Source of the DNA: a virus
Virus record (IMG/VR): IMGVR_UViG_3300045988_162923
Strand: one strand, 5' to 3'
Length of the DNA: 64,000 nucleotides
Shown here: piece by piece, positions 7,603 to 16,697 of the stretch
How positions within the stretch are numbered: the stretch's first letter is position 1
How the letters are laid out: the number at the start of each line of letters is the position of its first letter
Program-made: the position numbers and the translations under genes
Notes under the pieces: generated by a model
Told to the model about the DNA's origin: nothing
Database searches by the model: none
What the model saw: only the letters and a program-made list of their open reading frames with translations

Positions 7603-7900
7603 ATATTAAATCGCCCTTTTCTTTAACGGTACTTCACAAGTAGGCTAACTCCCGACTTCCTCTTCAAGTTCCAACCAGAATTACTGATGCTCACTGTGTC
7701 TATTTTTCCTCCCATACAGTTTGGATGAATTTTATTTTAGATGACAAAAATAAAATTTAGTTTTAATTGGATTTCACCAAGGAGAGCTTTTTTGTTATTC
7801 GTTCTTTTCATCACTAAGTATGAAGCATCCATCACTCTCGCACAACGTCATCAGCAAGTTTATTGACTCCATCTGAACTGTCATAAAGAAAATTTTCATT
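7603..7900 (-). ncRNA. ~300-nt non-coding region between a consensus promoter (7921-7949) and tRNA-Asn; candidate structured ncRNA or long tRNA leader
   Basis: No ORF in either code. Contains a long A/T hairpin (AAATTTTATTTT...AAAATAAAATT). Transcribed from the promoter on its right. Confidence 0.25.
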
Positions 7901-7920
7901 TTCTTTCATTTGATATAAAT

Positions 7921-7949
7921 ATTATATCATATTTTTTATAAAAAATCAA
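7921..7949 (-). promoter_or_regulatory. Consensus promoter TTGATT-17-TATAAT (minus strand)
   Basis: Reverse complement reads TTGATTTTTTATAAAAAATATGATATAAT. Confidence 0.6.
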
Positions 7950-7989
7950 AAAAGATTTTTTAACTAAACAAAACAAGACAACTTTTTTA

Positions 7990-8065
7990 ATTACGCTGCT
8001 CTACCACTTGAGCTATCGTTTGTAAATTAATACGCACGAGTTGGACTCGAACCAACAACACACGG
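7990..8065 (-). ncRNA. Two juxtaposed tRNA fragments in non-cloverleaf order: a 3' half (T-arm + acceptor 3' strand, 8040-8065) followed by a 5' half-like piece (acceptor/D-arm AAACGATAGCTCAAGTGGTAGAGC, 7990-8030)
   Basis: T arm GTTGG-TTCGAGT-CCAAC-TCGTGCG on the minus strand directly after promoter and leader. D-arm consensus GCTCAAGTGGTAGAGC follows it. The two pieces cannot pair as one tRNA. Confidence 0.3.
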
Positions 8066-8126
8066 ATTACCAATCAATTTAAAAAATTAAAATTGCTGTA
8101 ATTGTCTTTCTTTATCTTACATATAT

Positions 8127-8155
8127 ATTATATCATAAATTTTTTATAAAATCAA
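8127..8155 (-). promoter_or_regulatory. Consensus promoter TTGATT-17-TATAAT (minus strand) followed by conserved leader AAGATAAAGAAAGACA
   Basis: Reverse complement reads TTGATTTTATAAAAAATTTATGATATAAT. Identical to the 2931 and 8388 copies. Confidence 0.6.
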
Positions 8156-8171
8156 AAAATAACTTTTTGAC

Positions 8172-8245
8172 TGGCAGGGGCGCTCCGACTCGAACGGAGA
8201 GTCCCGGTTTTGGAGACCGGTGGTTTACCATTAACCGACACCCCT
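8172..8245 (-). tRNA. tRNA-Trp (anticodon CCA)
   Basis: Acceptor AGGGGTG/CGCCCCT (one G-U), anticodon stem CCGGT/ACCGG with loop CTCCAAA, T-loop CCGTTCGAGTCGG, CCA encoded. Confidence 0.7.
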
Positions 8246-8271
8246 ATAAAATCAAGACTTATAAATTATTT

Positions 8272-8343
8272 TTCCAGAGCGTGGATTTGAACCACGGTCT
8301 TCAGGATTTTACTCTGATAGGCTATCCTCTACCCCACTTCGGA
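8272..8343 (-). tRNA. tRNA, anticodon unresolved (loop AGTAAAATC; 4-bp anticodon stem)
   Basis: Acceptor TCCGAAG/CTCTGGA (one mismatch), T arm CGTGG-TTCAAAT-CCACG. No encoded CCA. Confidence 0.45.
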
Positions 8344-8387
8344 TGACTATTGCTGTAAAAGTCTTTCTTTCTTTATCTTACATATAT

Positions 8388-8416
8388 ATTATATCATTTA
8401 TTTTTTATAAAATCAA
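8388..8416 (-). promoter_or_regulatory. Consensus promoter TTGATT-17-TATAAT (minus strand)
   Basis: Reverse complement reads TTGATTTTATAAAAAATAAATGATATAAT. Conserved leader follows. Confidence 0.6.
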
Positions 8417-8475
8417 AAATAATCTTATAGACTAGAATTGACCAGTATTAAATAGTTTTATTTAATAATAAATAA

Positions 8476-9435
8476 TCAATATCTATCATAGTCTGTATAA
8501 GGAATTCTTAATAAAGGAATATTATTTTTTTTACAATATTTATCCTTCATTTTATCATGTTCAATAACTTTATCTGTATGCCATATACTTGATTGATTAA
8601 AATGCTATTTACCATCATATTCAATTAATTTTAAAACTTTTCCGTTATGATCTAAAATAGCAAAATCAAATCGTAAATAATTTTTATCTTTTAAATCATT
8701 AAAAGTATATTCCTAAATAAAAGAAATATTATTATTTATTAAAATTTTTTTTATTAAATTTTCTCCTAATGAATTCCCTATGCATCCACAGGACTAAGTA
8801 AGTCCCTATAATAGGCTTGATTGCCGAATACTTTTAATATTTCCACAATCACATTGACATACCCAATATGCCTTGTCTTTTTGTTCTTCATCTTTATGTA
8901 GAGCAATTAATTTACCGAATCTTCGTCCAACTAAATTTAATCTTTTAGATTGAATTCCTAAAGGCTAAATATTTTCTATCATATTTATTTTTGCTTTTTC
9001 TTTCTATAAACATCCACAAGACTGAGTATGTTCTGATTTTAAAGATGAAGTAGTAACATTTACAATATTTCCACAGTCACATTTACATTCCCAATAAGAA
9101 GCAGTATTATTTAATTCTTTTCGCTTTAAAATAGTATATTCTTTATTAAAAGATAATACTGTTAATTTACCAAATTTTTGTCCCGATAAATCATCATAAA
9201 AGCTCGGATTATCTTTACGATTTCGATTAATATTTCCTTTTAAACGATTCTCTTTTCCTAAACAACCGCAAGATAAAATTTTTCCATTACGCAAATCAGC
9301 ACCACGAATATTTTTTATTATCCCACAATCACACTAGCATTTCCATAAAAGCTTATTAGAATTATCATGTCCAGCTTCTTCTAAAACTATTAATCTACCA
9401 AAACGCTAATCTATTAAATTTATTTTTTTACCCAA
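8476..9435 (-). CDS. Homing-endonuclease-like protein: three Zn-ribbon repeats (RFGKL..W.C.CDCGN..SCGC) + C-terminal PD-(D/E)XK / DUF559-like nuclease domain (RFDFAI..IEYDGK-Q-HF); TAG-recoded; start approximate (TTG at 9435)
   Basis: ORF-track fragment 9004..9294 is the middle repeat. Full reading frame continuous with TAG=Q. TAG sits at the Q of the DGKQH motif, which is CAA in the paralogue at 22523-23323. Confidence 0.6.
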
Positions 9436-9448
9436 AAATAGACCTTCT

Positions 9449-9500
9449 TTCTGTTCTTCTTTTAATATTATTAAGAAATCTACTTAGAAGAAGAACAGAA
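9449..9500 (-). terminator. Hairpin (12-bp stem TTCTGTTCTTCT/AGAAGAACAGAA) + U-tract on minus strand; terminator after gene 9511-9807
   Basis: Perfect inverted repeat seen in sequence, followed on the minus strand by TCTATTTTT. Confidence 0.45.
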
Positions 9501-9510
9501 AATGACCAAC

Positions 9511-9807
9511 TTAAAGACCTAATTTTTCCATTAAATCCTGGATATGTTTTTTCTCATCTTCAGTAATTTCTTTCTTCTCCTGAACTACTGGAGCAGAATC
9601 TTCAAAATTCATTGCCTTAGAACCAACAGTAGATACATCGCCAACTGGATTCTTAGGACAAGTCATAGAAATAGCAATCTACAGGCGTTCTCCATTCTCG
9701 GTAGCCCAAACATATAATTTACCATCATATTCTCCTATATAATCTTTACCAAATGCTGATGATATTCTACTTTTAACTTCTACTTTCGCAACGCTACCAC
9801 GAGCCAT
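9511..9807 (-). CDS. Small hypothetical protein (98 aa), one in-frame TAG (recoded)
   Basis: MARGSVAKVEVKSR...; ATG overlaps the stop of the upstream nuclease gene (TAATATG). Confidence 0.45.
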
Positions 9808-9808
9808 A

Positions 9809-10546
9809 TTAACTTTCTCCTTTTTTTACAAGATATTTATCACTAAATATCATTTCTATTGTTATATTATTTTTTTCCCAATAAGGAATTCGAACAAGAG
9901 GAATATTATGTTCAAAAGCAAAATAATTTTTTATTAAATCAGATTGCTAAGTCCGTTCAAAAGATTCTCTTCCCCATTTAGCTGGCTTAAAATGCTATTC
10001 ACCATCAAATTCAACCAGTCTAATTAAATTATTATCTTTATCAAAAATAGCAAAATCATATCTTTTATTTTTTAATTCAGAAAATTTAAATTCTTTAGCA
10101 AAAGAAATATTATTTTCTTCTAAAATATCTATAATTTTCTATTCCCCTAAAGATATTCCATTTTTACATCCACAGCTGCTAGTATTTCCACTTCTTAATT
10201 CTGCCCCAGCAACAGATACGATATTTCCGCAATCACATCTACAAATCCATTTTACTTTTCCATTAATACTTTTTGATACTGTATCTTTATATAAAACAGT
10301 TAATTTACCATATTTATTACCAGTCTCATCTTTTCCAATTGCTTCAAAAACTTTTTCATTTCGTAAGCATCCACAACTTTTTGTTGCTCCATTTTTTAAA
10401 CTTAAAGCAGCAATACTTTTTTGATTCCCGCAACTACACTAACAAATCCAATATGTTCTATGATGCTTCTTAGAGGCTTCTTCATCTTTTTTTAAAACAG
10501 TTAATCGTGAAAAAACTTTTCCAATTAAATCTTCAGATTTTGGCAT
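9809..10546 (-). CDS. Homing-endonuclease-like protein: two Zn-ribbon repeats + DUF559-like PD-(D/E)XK domain ([21 protein letters not shown]); TAG-recoded
   Basis: [18 protein letters not shown]...YWIC-Q-CSCGN...SCGC. RBS AAGGAAGAATTTATATG. 4 in-frame TAGs. Confidence 0.6.
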
Positions 10547-10637
10547 ATAAATTCTTCCTTTCTCTATATCTTCTAATTATATTAAATTTTAAGATAAGAA
10601 AATTGAAAAATTTTGTCCATCTTTTTATCTAAAAATT

Positions 10638-12083
10638 TTAATTTGTCCCTTCGCCATTATTAGCCTCCATTATTTTCTTCTCTAATTTATTACATTCATC
10701 AAAAACTAATTGCTTTAAATCAAATGGTTCTCCTCGTTCCATATCTTCTGAACACCAAGGACATAAATATTTATGATATTCCTCATTATATTTCATAGAA
10801 CTGCGATAATATCCATTACCGCATCTATCACAAGTCATACATTCATTTTTAAAGCAATCACTACAAACTATTTCGTCTGAATCAACATAATAAGCTTCAT
10901 CTAATAATATTCTGCGACCACAACAGTCACAATATCCAAAAATATCATTTTCACTATCACCATATGCTAATTCACAACTATCACATCGCATAAAATCACT
11001 ATGCTCAATTAATGATTTACCACAATTTAAACAATTAATTTCTCCGCCAATATCCCAATGCCATTCATCAGCATCACTAGCATAAAATCCTCTCGATCGG
11101 ACTGCTATATAAGGTCGATAGCATGAAGAATTTATCAAATCATCAAATTGTAAAGAATTTTTAGCATCTGCTACTTTATCTCTAATTGGATAAATTTTCC
11201 CACCAATTGCAATATAATCAGTATCTAAAGGATATTGCTTACCAGAAATTTTATCAGTATAGCCAGTAATATTACTATCTTCCCATTTATGAAACTCTAC
11301 TCCCATATTATTTAAACACATAGAAATAGTCTCTAAGGCGCTTAAAGTAGAAAGAGGATATTGCCGACCCGCAAAAATTGCTCTCCAATTCTTTTCAAAG
11401 AAAATTAATACTCTCCATTTTTTAGAATTCCAAAGCACATCTTCAGGAAAATTAGGTAATCTTACCCCATCAGCACCTTTTAAATAACAAATTACAGTTG
11501 ATTTATCAACCATATATGAAAGATTTCCTGCGCGATACTCACCGTCAAGCGCATGGCAAGACCGCCAATTATAAGTATTCTCACTTGAACTTAAAAAATC
11601 AAGTGGATGAACTGATATACATAACTTACCCTCAATCTTATCCTCTTGGATAACACGGCTTGCGCTATTTTGAATATCATTCAATAAGTCTTTATCAGAA
11701 ATAAAATACTTAAATGCTTTAACTAGTTTCATGCCTATTGGAATAATTTTACCATCAGGTAATTTATATTCTTCAATAACTTGATTAGTAAAAAATCCAT
11801 CTCTATTAATTTCAATAAAATCAATTAAATCATAATTGCTATATAAGCAATCAATTGTATCCAAAAAATTATTTAAATTCTTTTGTTTTTCTCTTTTATC
11901 AAGCTTTAAATGTAATACATACGGATATTCATAAATTAGATTACCACCAAATAATTCAATAAAATCTCTTTTAGCGTCTAAAAATCTATTAAATAATTCT
12001 TCTGTTTTAGGATTTTCAATTCCTTGTGAATAACGAATTACTTCATCGAATTGTTTTTTAATTTCTCTGATGTCGAATGACAT
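10638..12083 (-). CDS. Cys-rich protein, paralogue A (conserved N-domain + C-terminal multi-CxxC zinc-ribbon cluster); standard code
   Basis: 481-aa ORF. Shares ...C-SxHP-DF/Y...W.SC....E.R.G......WNxKKWR with 14938..16566. C-terminus CLNCG..CDSC..CDCCG..CSDC..CDRCG..CPWC. Confidence 0.65.
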   Translation of the reverse strand: MSFDIREIKKQFDEVIRYSQGIENPKTEELFNRFLDAKRDFIELFGGNLIYEYPYVLHLKLDKREKQKNLNNFLDTIDCLYSNYDLIDFIEINRDGFFTNQVIEEYKLPDGKIIPIGMKLVKAFKYFISDKDLLNDIQNSASRVIQEDKIEGKLCISVHPLDFLSSSENTYNWRSCHALDGEYRAGNLSYMVDKSTVICYLKGADGVRLPNFPEDVLWNSKKWRVLIFFEKNWRAIFAGRQYPLSTLSALETISMCLNNMGVEFHKWEDSNITGYTDKISGKQYPLDTDYIAIGGKIYPIRDKVADAKNSLQFDDLINSSCYRPYIAVRSRGFYASDADEWHWDIGGEINCLNCGKSLIEHSDFMRCDSCELAYGDSENDIFGYCDCCGRRILLDEAYYVDSDEIVCSDCFKNECMTCDRCGNGYYRSSMKYNEEYHKYLCPWCSEDMERGEPFDLKQLVFDECNKLEKKIMEANNGEGTN

Positions 12084-13060
12084 TCAAGTAGGCCTCCTGC
12101 GCAATCATTACAAATTTTCTTAGGATTATTTGGATCAATTTCAAATGGTTCTCCACAATTATCGCACCATTCAATATTTTCTACCATACAATCAGGGCAG
12201 TAAAAACAAGTCTTACCATCTAATCCTTTCACAGGAAAGACCTCATAACCAGAAAATAATCCCTTACATTTCTTACAATGAACATAAAAATCATTATCAC
12301 CTGCGGCTCCATTACTATTATATAAATCTTGGAACCATCTTTTAGCAGATAAACTAAATTCAATATATTTAAAATCTGGGATAGATTCTTTTTGAAGCAT
12401 CTTTTTAACTTTTTCAATAGTATTTAAAAGAGCACTAATATTTAGAGTTTCAATATATGTGTGTTCATTTTCATAACCAACTGATAAATTTGTGCTACAA
12501 ACCTGCCAAGCTGGTCCTAAAATACTAATATCAGAAAAACTACCAAAATCTTCAATAAATCCAAAAGATTCAATATATGCTATAAAATCGTCATTATCAC
12601 ATGAATAGAATACACAATCATTTTTTCCTTGTCTATCCAATTCAATCATATACTTTAACTGCGGAAATGGACAATTCTCTTGAGCCAATACAGATGCTCC
12701 AATGCCGCCTTGTTCTTCATCAGTAGTAAAAATGATATGTGGACGCAAATTTGTAGAACGTAATATCTGAATAATCGCATATACGCCTGCTCGATCATCA
12801 GCTCCAAGGCCCTGCGGACTCCACATAACATTTTTTCTTGTATCATAATATAATTCAGAAACAGGTTTAGGAAAAACTGTATCCATATGGGCTACAAGAG
12901 CGATCGGAATATCACCGACGGCATAAATATAATCCGCAGTAGTTTTTACTGTTTTGTATTTACTCTGAAGAAAATAAGACATAGTTTTAAGTAAGCTGCC
13001 CTGTTTCATTTTAAATAGCTGCTCTAATGTCTCATATTCTTTTGCTTTCAACCCACGCAA
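12038..13060 (-). CDS. M42/M20-family metallopeptidase-like domain (HMDTV...GADDRAG...TDEEQG) fused to C-terminal zinc ribbons; standard code
   Basis: 340-aa ORF. Motifs typical of co-catalytic metallopeptidases. C-terminal CKKCKG..CFYCPDC..CDNCG..CNDC. Overlaps upstream gene by 46 nt. Confidence 0.55.
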   Translation of the reverse strand: MRGLKAKEYETLEQLFKMKQGSLLKTMSYFLQSKYKTVKTTADYIYAVGDIPIALVAHMDTVFPKPVSELYYDTRKNVMWSPQGLGADDRAGVYAIIQILRSTNLRPHIIFTTDEEQGGIGASVLAQENCPFPQLKYMIELDRQGKNDCVFYSCDNDDFIAYIESFGFIEDFGSFSDISILGPAWQVCSTNLSVGYENEHTYIETLNISALLNTIEKVKKMLQKESIPDFKYIEFSLSAKRWFQDLYNSNGAAGDNDFYVHCKKCKGLFSGYEVFPVKGLDGKTCFYCPDCMVENIEWCDNCGEPFEIDPNNPKKICNDCAGGLLECHSTSEKLKNNSMK

Positions 13061-13096
13061 TTAAAAATTTCTCCTTATATTCTATTTTGTAATTAT

Positions 13097-13125
13097 ATTA
13101 TATCATATTTTTTAATTATTGTCAA
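13097..13125 (-). promoter_or_regulatory. Consensus promoter TTGACA-17-TATAAT (minus strand) driving 12038..13060
   Basis: Reverse complement reads TTGACAATAATTAAAAAATATGATATAAT. Confidence 0.55.
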
Positions 13126-13915
13126 TAATGCTCTCTGGGTGCGTAAAACCAACACCTTTAGTCCAGTAATCTTTATTCTTATCTACTTCTCGACTAAACT
13201 TTAGCGCAGTTTCACAAAAGCTACAAGCACTTCCACTTTGGCATCTTTGCTTACATTTAATACGCATCGGCGCAAATTCATCAGGGATGCCGCGATTATC
13301 GACATTATATTTCAAATTAGTCAATAAGAGATTTAAATTACCGGGCCATAATTCTTCTTTATAAATTCCTAATAAAGTTGCCTCTTTTTCTAAACTATCG
13401 GTATCAAATTGAATAGTATCCACATATGCGCTATAAACTTTTACATCTTCTGGACGAATATAAAATCCACGGATTCCATTTTTACGAGGAATAAAGCCAT
13501 CATAACATACATTAGCAATTACTCGAATCGGTAATCCTATCTTCTTCACTTCTGGAAGTTGAAAAGTTAGTGGAACACCTAAAAATAATTGTTTTACACC
13601 TAAATCAACTAATCCATTTAATTCATACCATGTAGTAATTGGATAAGCCCAATAATAATTAATTGAACGTGAATTACACTCACTTGCCATAAATATATTT
13701 TCAATAGCAAGAGTAAGTTTTACTTTTTCAGAGAACATTTTTAATTCGTCCCAATCAATCTATGGAGTATTCTTTGGAATACGAATTACATACTCTTTAT
13801 CATAAAAATCATCAATAATATTATATAAGCCTTCAATATCTTTATAATCAAGCATAATTTCATCAGCTACGCGCTTATTTGCCGCAGACTACCGAATTGA
13901 TACGGAATATTTCAT
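13112..13915 (-). CDS. Hypothetical protein (267 aa) with C-x3-C-x5-C-x2-C cluster; N-terminal 59 codons include two TAG codons (recoded) upstream of the track ORF 13112..13738
   Basis: Consensus promoter at 13925-13953 and RBS AAGGAGTG sit directly in front of the ATG at 13915. The frame is continuous into MFSEKVKL... only if the two TAGs are read as sense. Confidence 0.45.
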
Positions 13916-13924
13916 ATTATATCA

Positions 13925-13953
13925 CTCCTTATATATATTATAACTTATTTTTG
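13925..13953 (-). promoter_or_regulatory. Consensus promoter TTGACA-17-TATAAT (minus strand)
   Basis: Reverse complement reads TTGACATTTGTGCAAAAATAAGTTATAAT, followed by AAGGAG and the ATG at 13915. Confidence 0.55.
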
Positions 13954-14043
13954 CACAAATGTCAATAAAAATTAGTAAGCAATCTTTTATTTTTGGTTTT
14001 ACGAGTGATGCGTCCATCGCTGGCCGGAGCAGACCCTATAAAA

Positions 14044-14072
14044 AAAGGACTGGGAAATTTCCCAGTCCTTAA
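14044..14072 (-). terminator. Rho-independent terminator for minus-strand gene 14082..14498 (AGGACTGGG-AAATTT-CCCAGTCCT + U-run on minus)
   Basis: Perfect 9-bp stem. A7 tract on the plus strand to the left, which is a T-run on the minus strand after the hairpin. Confidence 0.55.
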
Positions 14073-14081
14073 TACGCTATA

Positions 14082-14498
14082 TTAGCCGTTAATTCGACGA
14101 TAGCCATTAACGGTTCTCTTCTTAGAAGTCTCAGTCGCAGGAATCGTAATTTCAGACTTCTCAACCTCGCCGGCCTTAACCAGAGAAGACAGGCGGTAAG
14201 AAACCTTCGCCGCAGTAGCATCCGGCTCCTCTTCAGCAACCATCGCAGTTACATCAGCAATAGACTTAAACTCATCGGTAGCCAAAGCCGCACGAACCAG
14301 AGCAGTCAGAATATCACCCTCAGCAGCCTTCGCCGCAGCACGTTCCTTAGCCTTTGCTGCCTTCTTATCAAGCAGGTCAATTTCATTCTCACAGAACGAA
14401 ATAACCTCAGCCGGATCATAGCGGCATTCGCCAGTCTTCATAGCCTCAGCAATTGCTTCATACATTTCACGCTTCGTAATCTTTTCCATAATTAACAC
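14082..14498 (-). CDS. Ala/Lys-rich small protein (138 aa), possibly histone-like/DNA-binding; standard code
   Basis: ORF from the track. Locally GC-richer. Preceded by two tandem consensus promoters (14543-14571, 14640-14668). Confidence 0.5.
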   Translation of the reverse strand: MLIMEKITKREMYEAIAEAMKTGECRYDPAEVISFCENEIDLLDKKAAKAKERAAAKAAEGDILTALVRAALATDEFKSIADVTAMVAEEEPDATAAKVSYRLSSLVKAGEVEKSEITIPATETSKKRTVNGYRRING

Positions 14499-14542
14499 CT
14501 TTAACCTTTCATTTTTAAAGTTTATTTATTCTTTGTATATTT

Positions 14543-14571
14543 ATTATATCTTATTTTTTGTTAAAAATCAA
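14543..14571 (-). promoter_or_regulatory. Consensus promoter TTGATT-17-TATAAT (minus strand)
   Basis: Reverse complement reads TTGATTTTTAACAAAAAATAAGATATAAT. Confidence 0.55.
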
Positions 14572-14639
14572 TTAAGATTTAAAGTCGGGGTAAAAGTTTT
14601 TTCTTTATTTCTCTTACCCTTTCTTTATCTTACATATAT

Positions 14640-14668
14640 ATTATATCTTATTTTTTATTAAAAATCAA
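14640..14668 (-). promoter_or_regulatory. Consensus promoter TTGATT-17-TATAAT (minus strand), tandem with 14543
   Basis: Reverse complement reads TTGATTTTTAATAAAAAATAAGATATAAT, preceded by the conserved leader. Confidence 0.55.
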
Positions 14669-14850
14669 ATAACTTTTTTGAAATCGACAAATTGTTCATA
14701 ATGTTCCTTTAAAGTATCTGCTGCTTTTTCAGTCATTTCTTCTTCTGGAATAGTTACTAATCCATCTTTTAATTGTTGAAAAGTAGTCCCTATTGCTCTA
14801 TAAGATTCAATAGCTTCTTGTAAAGCTTTATTTAAACTATCCCATAACAT
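14665..14850 (-). CDS. Small hypothetical protein (61 aa)
   Basis: ORF from the track. Confidence 0.35.
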   Translation of the reverse strand: MLWDSLNKALQEAIESYRAIGTTFQQLKDGLVTIPEEEMTEKAADTLKEHYEQFVDFKKVI

Positions 14851-14937
14851 ATCTTCTAGAGGATTAGTTATTTTTGCTTCTTGCTAATAATCAGAGGCTC
14901 TATATACTAAAGTAGATCCACGCGCCTAAGACTAAGA

Positions 14938-16566
14938 CTAATCTTTCAAACTGTCAAGGAACCATTGCCGGCCTTCTTTACTATTAATGGAAAAAATATC
15001 ACGTAGTCTATCAGCAGCTTCACTATCCGATTCAATCAAAGTTTCAAAATCTACTCGATAATGAACTCCAAAAGATGACTGGATAGGATCACTAATAATT
15101 AATCCAGTTTCTTCATAATCACTCTTACAATTGTAACAAAGATAAGCAGAACGCCAAGTTAATTTATTATCTTTATAAAGACGAATTTCATTCAAATACT
15201 CATTATAAAAAGCGTCGCCACAGTCTTCACACGTGCCAGCTTTTTCAGTATAACAGTCATAGCACAAACAAGTATCATCGTCAATCCAATAGTAATCATC
15301 ATTATGAATAATATCACCACAACATTTACATCTTATGGCATTAGAGCAATTATCACAAAGCAACATACAAGTATCACTAATATCACAAATCTCTTCGCCA
15401 CAATTCATACATTCACTATAGCCAGAATAATCAATATCAATTTCGTGCGGTGCTTCGATGCCAATAAAACATTTTTGATTTTTGGAATAAACATCATTAT
15501 ACATCTTATCACAATAGATGTTAATTGAATAGGGCTTATCATTCAATTCCAAACAAAAATTATTATAATCAGCATCACGGAAGTTATTATAATAAGTACA
15601 AAGATTACTATATTGCCAACCAAGATTAGTAGCCGCAAGATCTCTAATCCATTTCATACAAAGACCATTTAATTCATCATTATGCCAAGGATACTGACGA
15701 ATATCACTAATCAAATCTTTGGTGATAATATAAAGCTGACGCCATTTCTTATTATTCCAATGTGAAAGCTTCTCACCCCAGCCAAATTCCATATCTTCTT
15801 TTGCGCGAAGATAAGCAACAAGGACGCAAGGAGAGTTCATCATTTCAACAGTGCCAATACGATAATCGCCTTCATTACGCCAATTCATACAACTGTCCCA
15901 ATCGCAGTCATTATCACTCATGGTCACATAATCCATAGGATGAATTGACAAACAAAGTGTACCTTTAATAGTATCTTGATTTAAAAATTGAGAATGGGCA
16001 ATTCTAAATTCTTCATATTTTGCTTCTGACAGCTCAAAGAATTTTGTCAACTTACCAAGTAATTTACTGATTTTGGCACCTTTATTGACTAACATTGTTT
16101 GTCCATCATCACTACGAGTAATAGTAAAAGTATCACCCGTATAAATATTATTATGAAGGCTTTCAAAAGTAGTTAGCTCTCTCAAAGCCATAATGTCTTC
16201 AAGCCGATTTACTTTATAAAGAGGATCATGATAGCTTTCTGGCGTCTCAAGATTTCTTTTATCAGCAGTAAAGTCTTGATATTCACGAATAAACTTATAA
16301 CCAATCCGCCAATAACCAAGACAATCTTCAAAATCAGATCTAGACTGGCGCTCAGAACGTTTAAAAGTTACATCTTTGGAAATAGTAAATTTTTCACCAA
16401 GCATCTTCCAAAGAGTTACTTTCTCCTTATCCCAAAACCGTAAAATATGATCGACATTTTCTACATCAAGATCAGGATCTTTATCGTCACTCATACCGCC
16501 ATACATATTGATCCAATTACAAAATATTGATTTATCTTCATTACTTAAATAATTGCATAAAGCCAT
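14938..16566 (-). CDS. Cys-rich protein, paralogue B (N-domain homologous to 10638..12083 + C-terminal multi-CxxC cluster); standard code
   Basis: 542 aa. Shared GTLCLSIHPMDY...WNNKKWRQLYIITKD block. C-terminus CMNCGEEIC..CDNC..CKCCG..CYDC..CEDCG..CYNC. Confidence 0.65.
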   Translation of the reverse strand: MALCNYLSNEDKSIFCNWINMYGGMSDDKDPDLDVENVDHILRFWDKEKVTLWKMLGEKFTISKDVTFKRSERQSRSDFEDCLGYWRIGYKFIREYQDFTADKRNLETPESYHDPLYKVNRLEDIMALRELTTFESLHNNIYTGDTFTITRSDDGQTMLVNKGAKISKLLGKLTKFFELSEAKYEEFRIAHSQFLNQDTIKGTLCLSIHPMDYVTMSDNDCDWDSCMNWRNEGDYRIGTVEMMNSPCVLVAYLRAKEDMEFGWGEKLSHWNNKKWRQLYIITKDLISDIRQYPWHNDELNGLCMKWIRDLAATNLGWQYSNLCTYYNNFRDADYNNFCLELNDKPYSINIYCDKMYNDVYSKNQKCFIGIEAPHEIDIDYSGYSECMNCGEEICDISDTCMLLCDNCSNAIRCKCCGDIIHNDDYYWIDDDTCLCYDCYTEKAGTCEDCGDAFYNEYLNEIRLYKDNKLTWRSAYLCYNCKSDYEETGLIISDPIQSSFGVHYRVDFETLIESDSEAADRLRDIFSINSKEGRQWFLDSLKD

Positions 16567-16606
16567 TTAGAGTACCAACTCTCACTTTCTTTTATCTTCT
16601 ATATAT

Positions 16607-16635
16607 ATTATATCAAATTTTTATATAAAAATCAA
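16607..16635 (-). promoter_or_regulatory. Consensus promoter TTGATT-17-TATAAT (minus strand) driving 14938..16566
   Basis: Reverse complement reads TTGATTTTTATATAAAAATTTGATATAAT. Confidence 0.55.
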
Positions 16636-16675
16636 TTCCCCTCTCTGCGGCCAAACAAAGAGGGGAATCTTTTGA
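16635..16675 (-). terminator. Hairpin terminator (ATTCCCCTCT...AGAGGGGAAT + CTTTTG)
   Basis: 10-bp inverted repeat seen in sequence, between gene 16698..18113 and the promoter at 16607. Confidence 0.45.
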
Positions 16676-16697
16676 AAGGGGTTCTATATATATTAAC

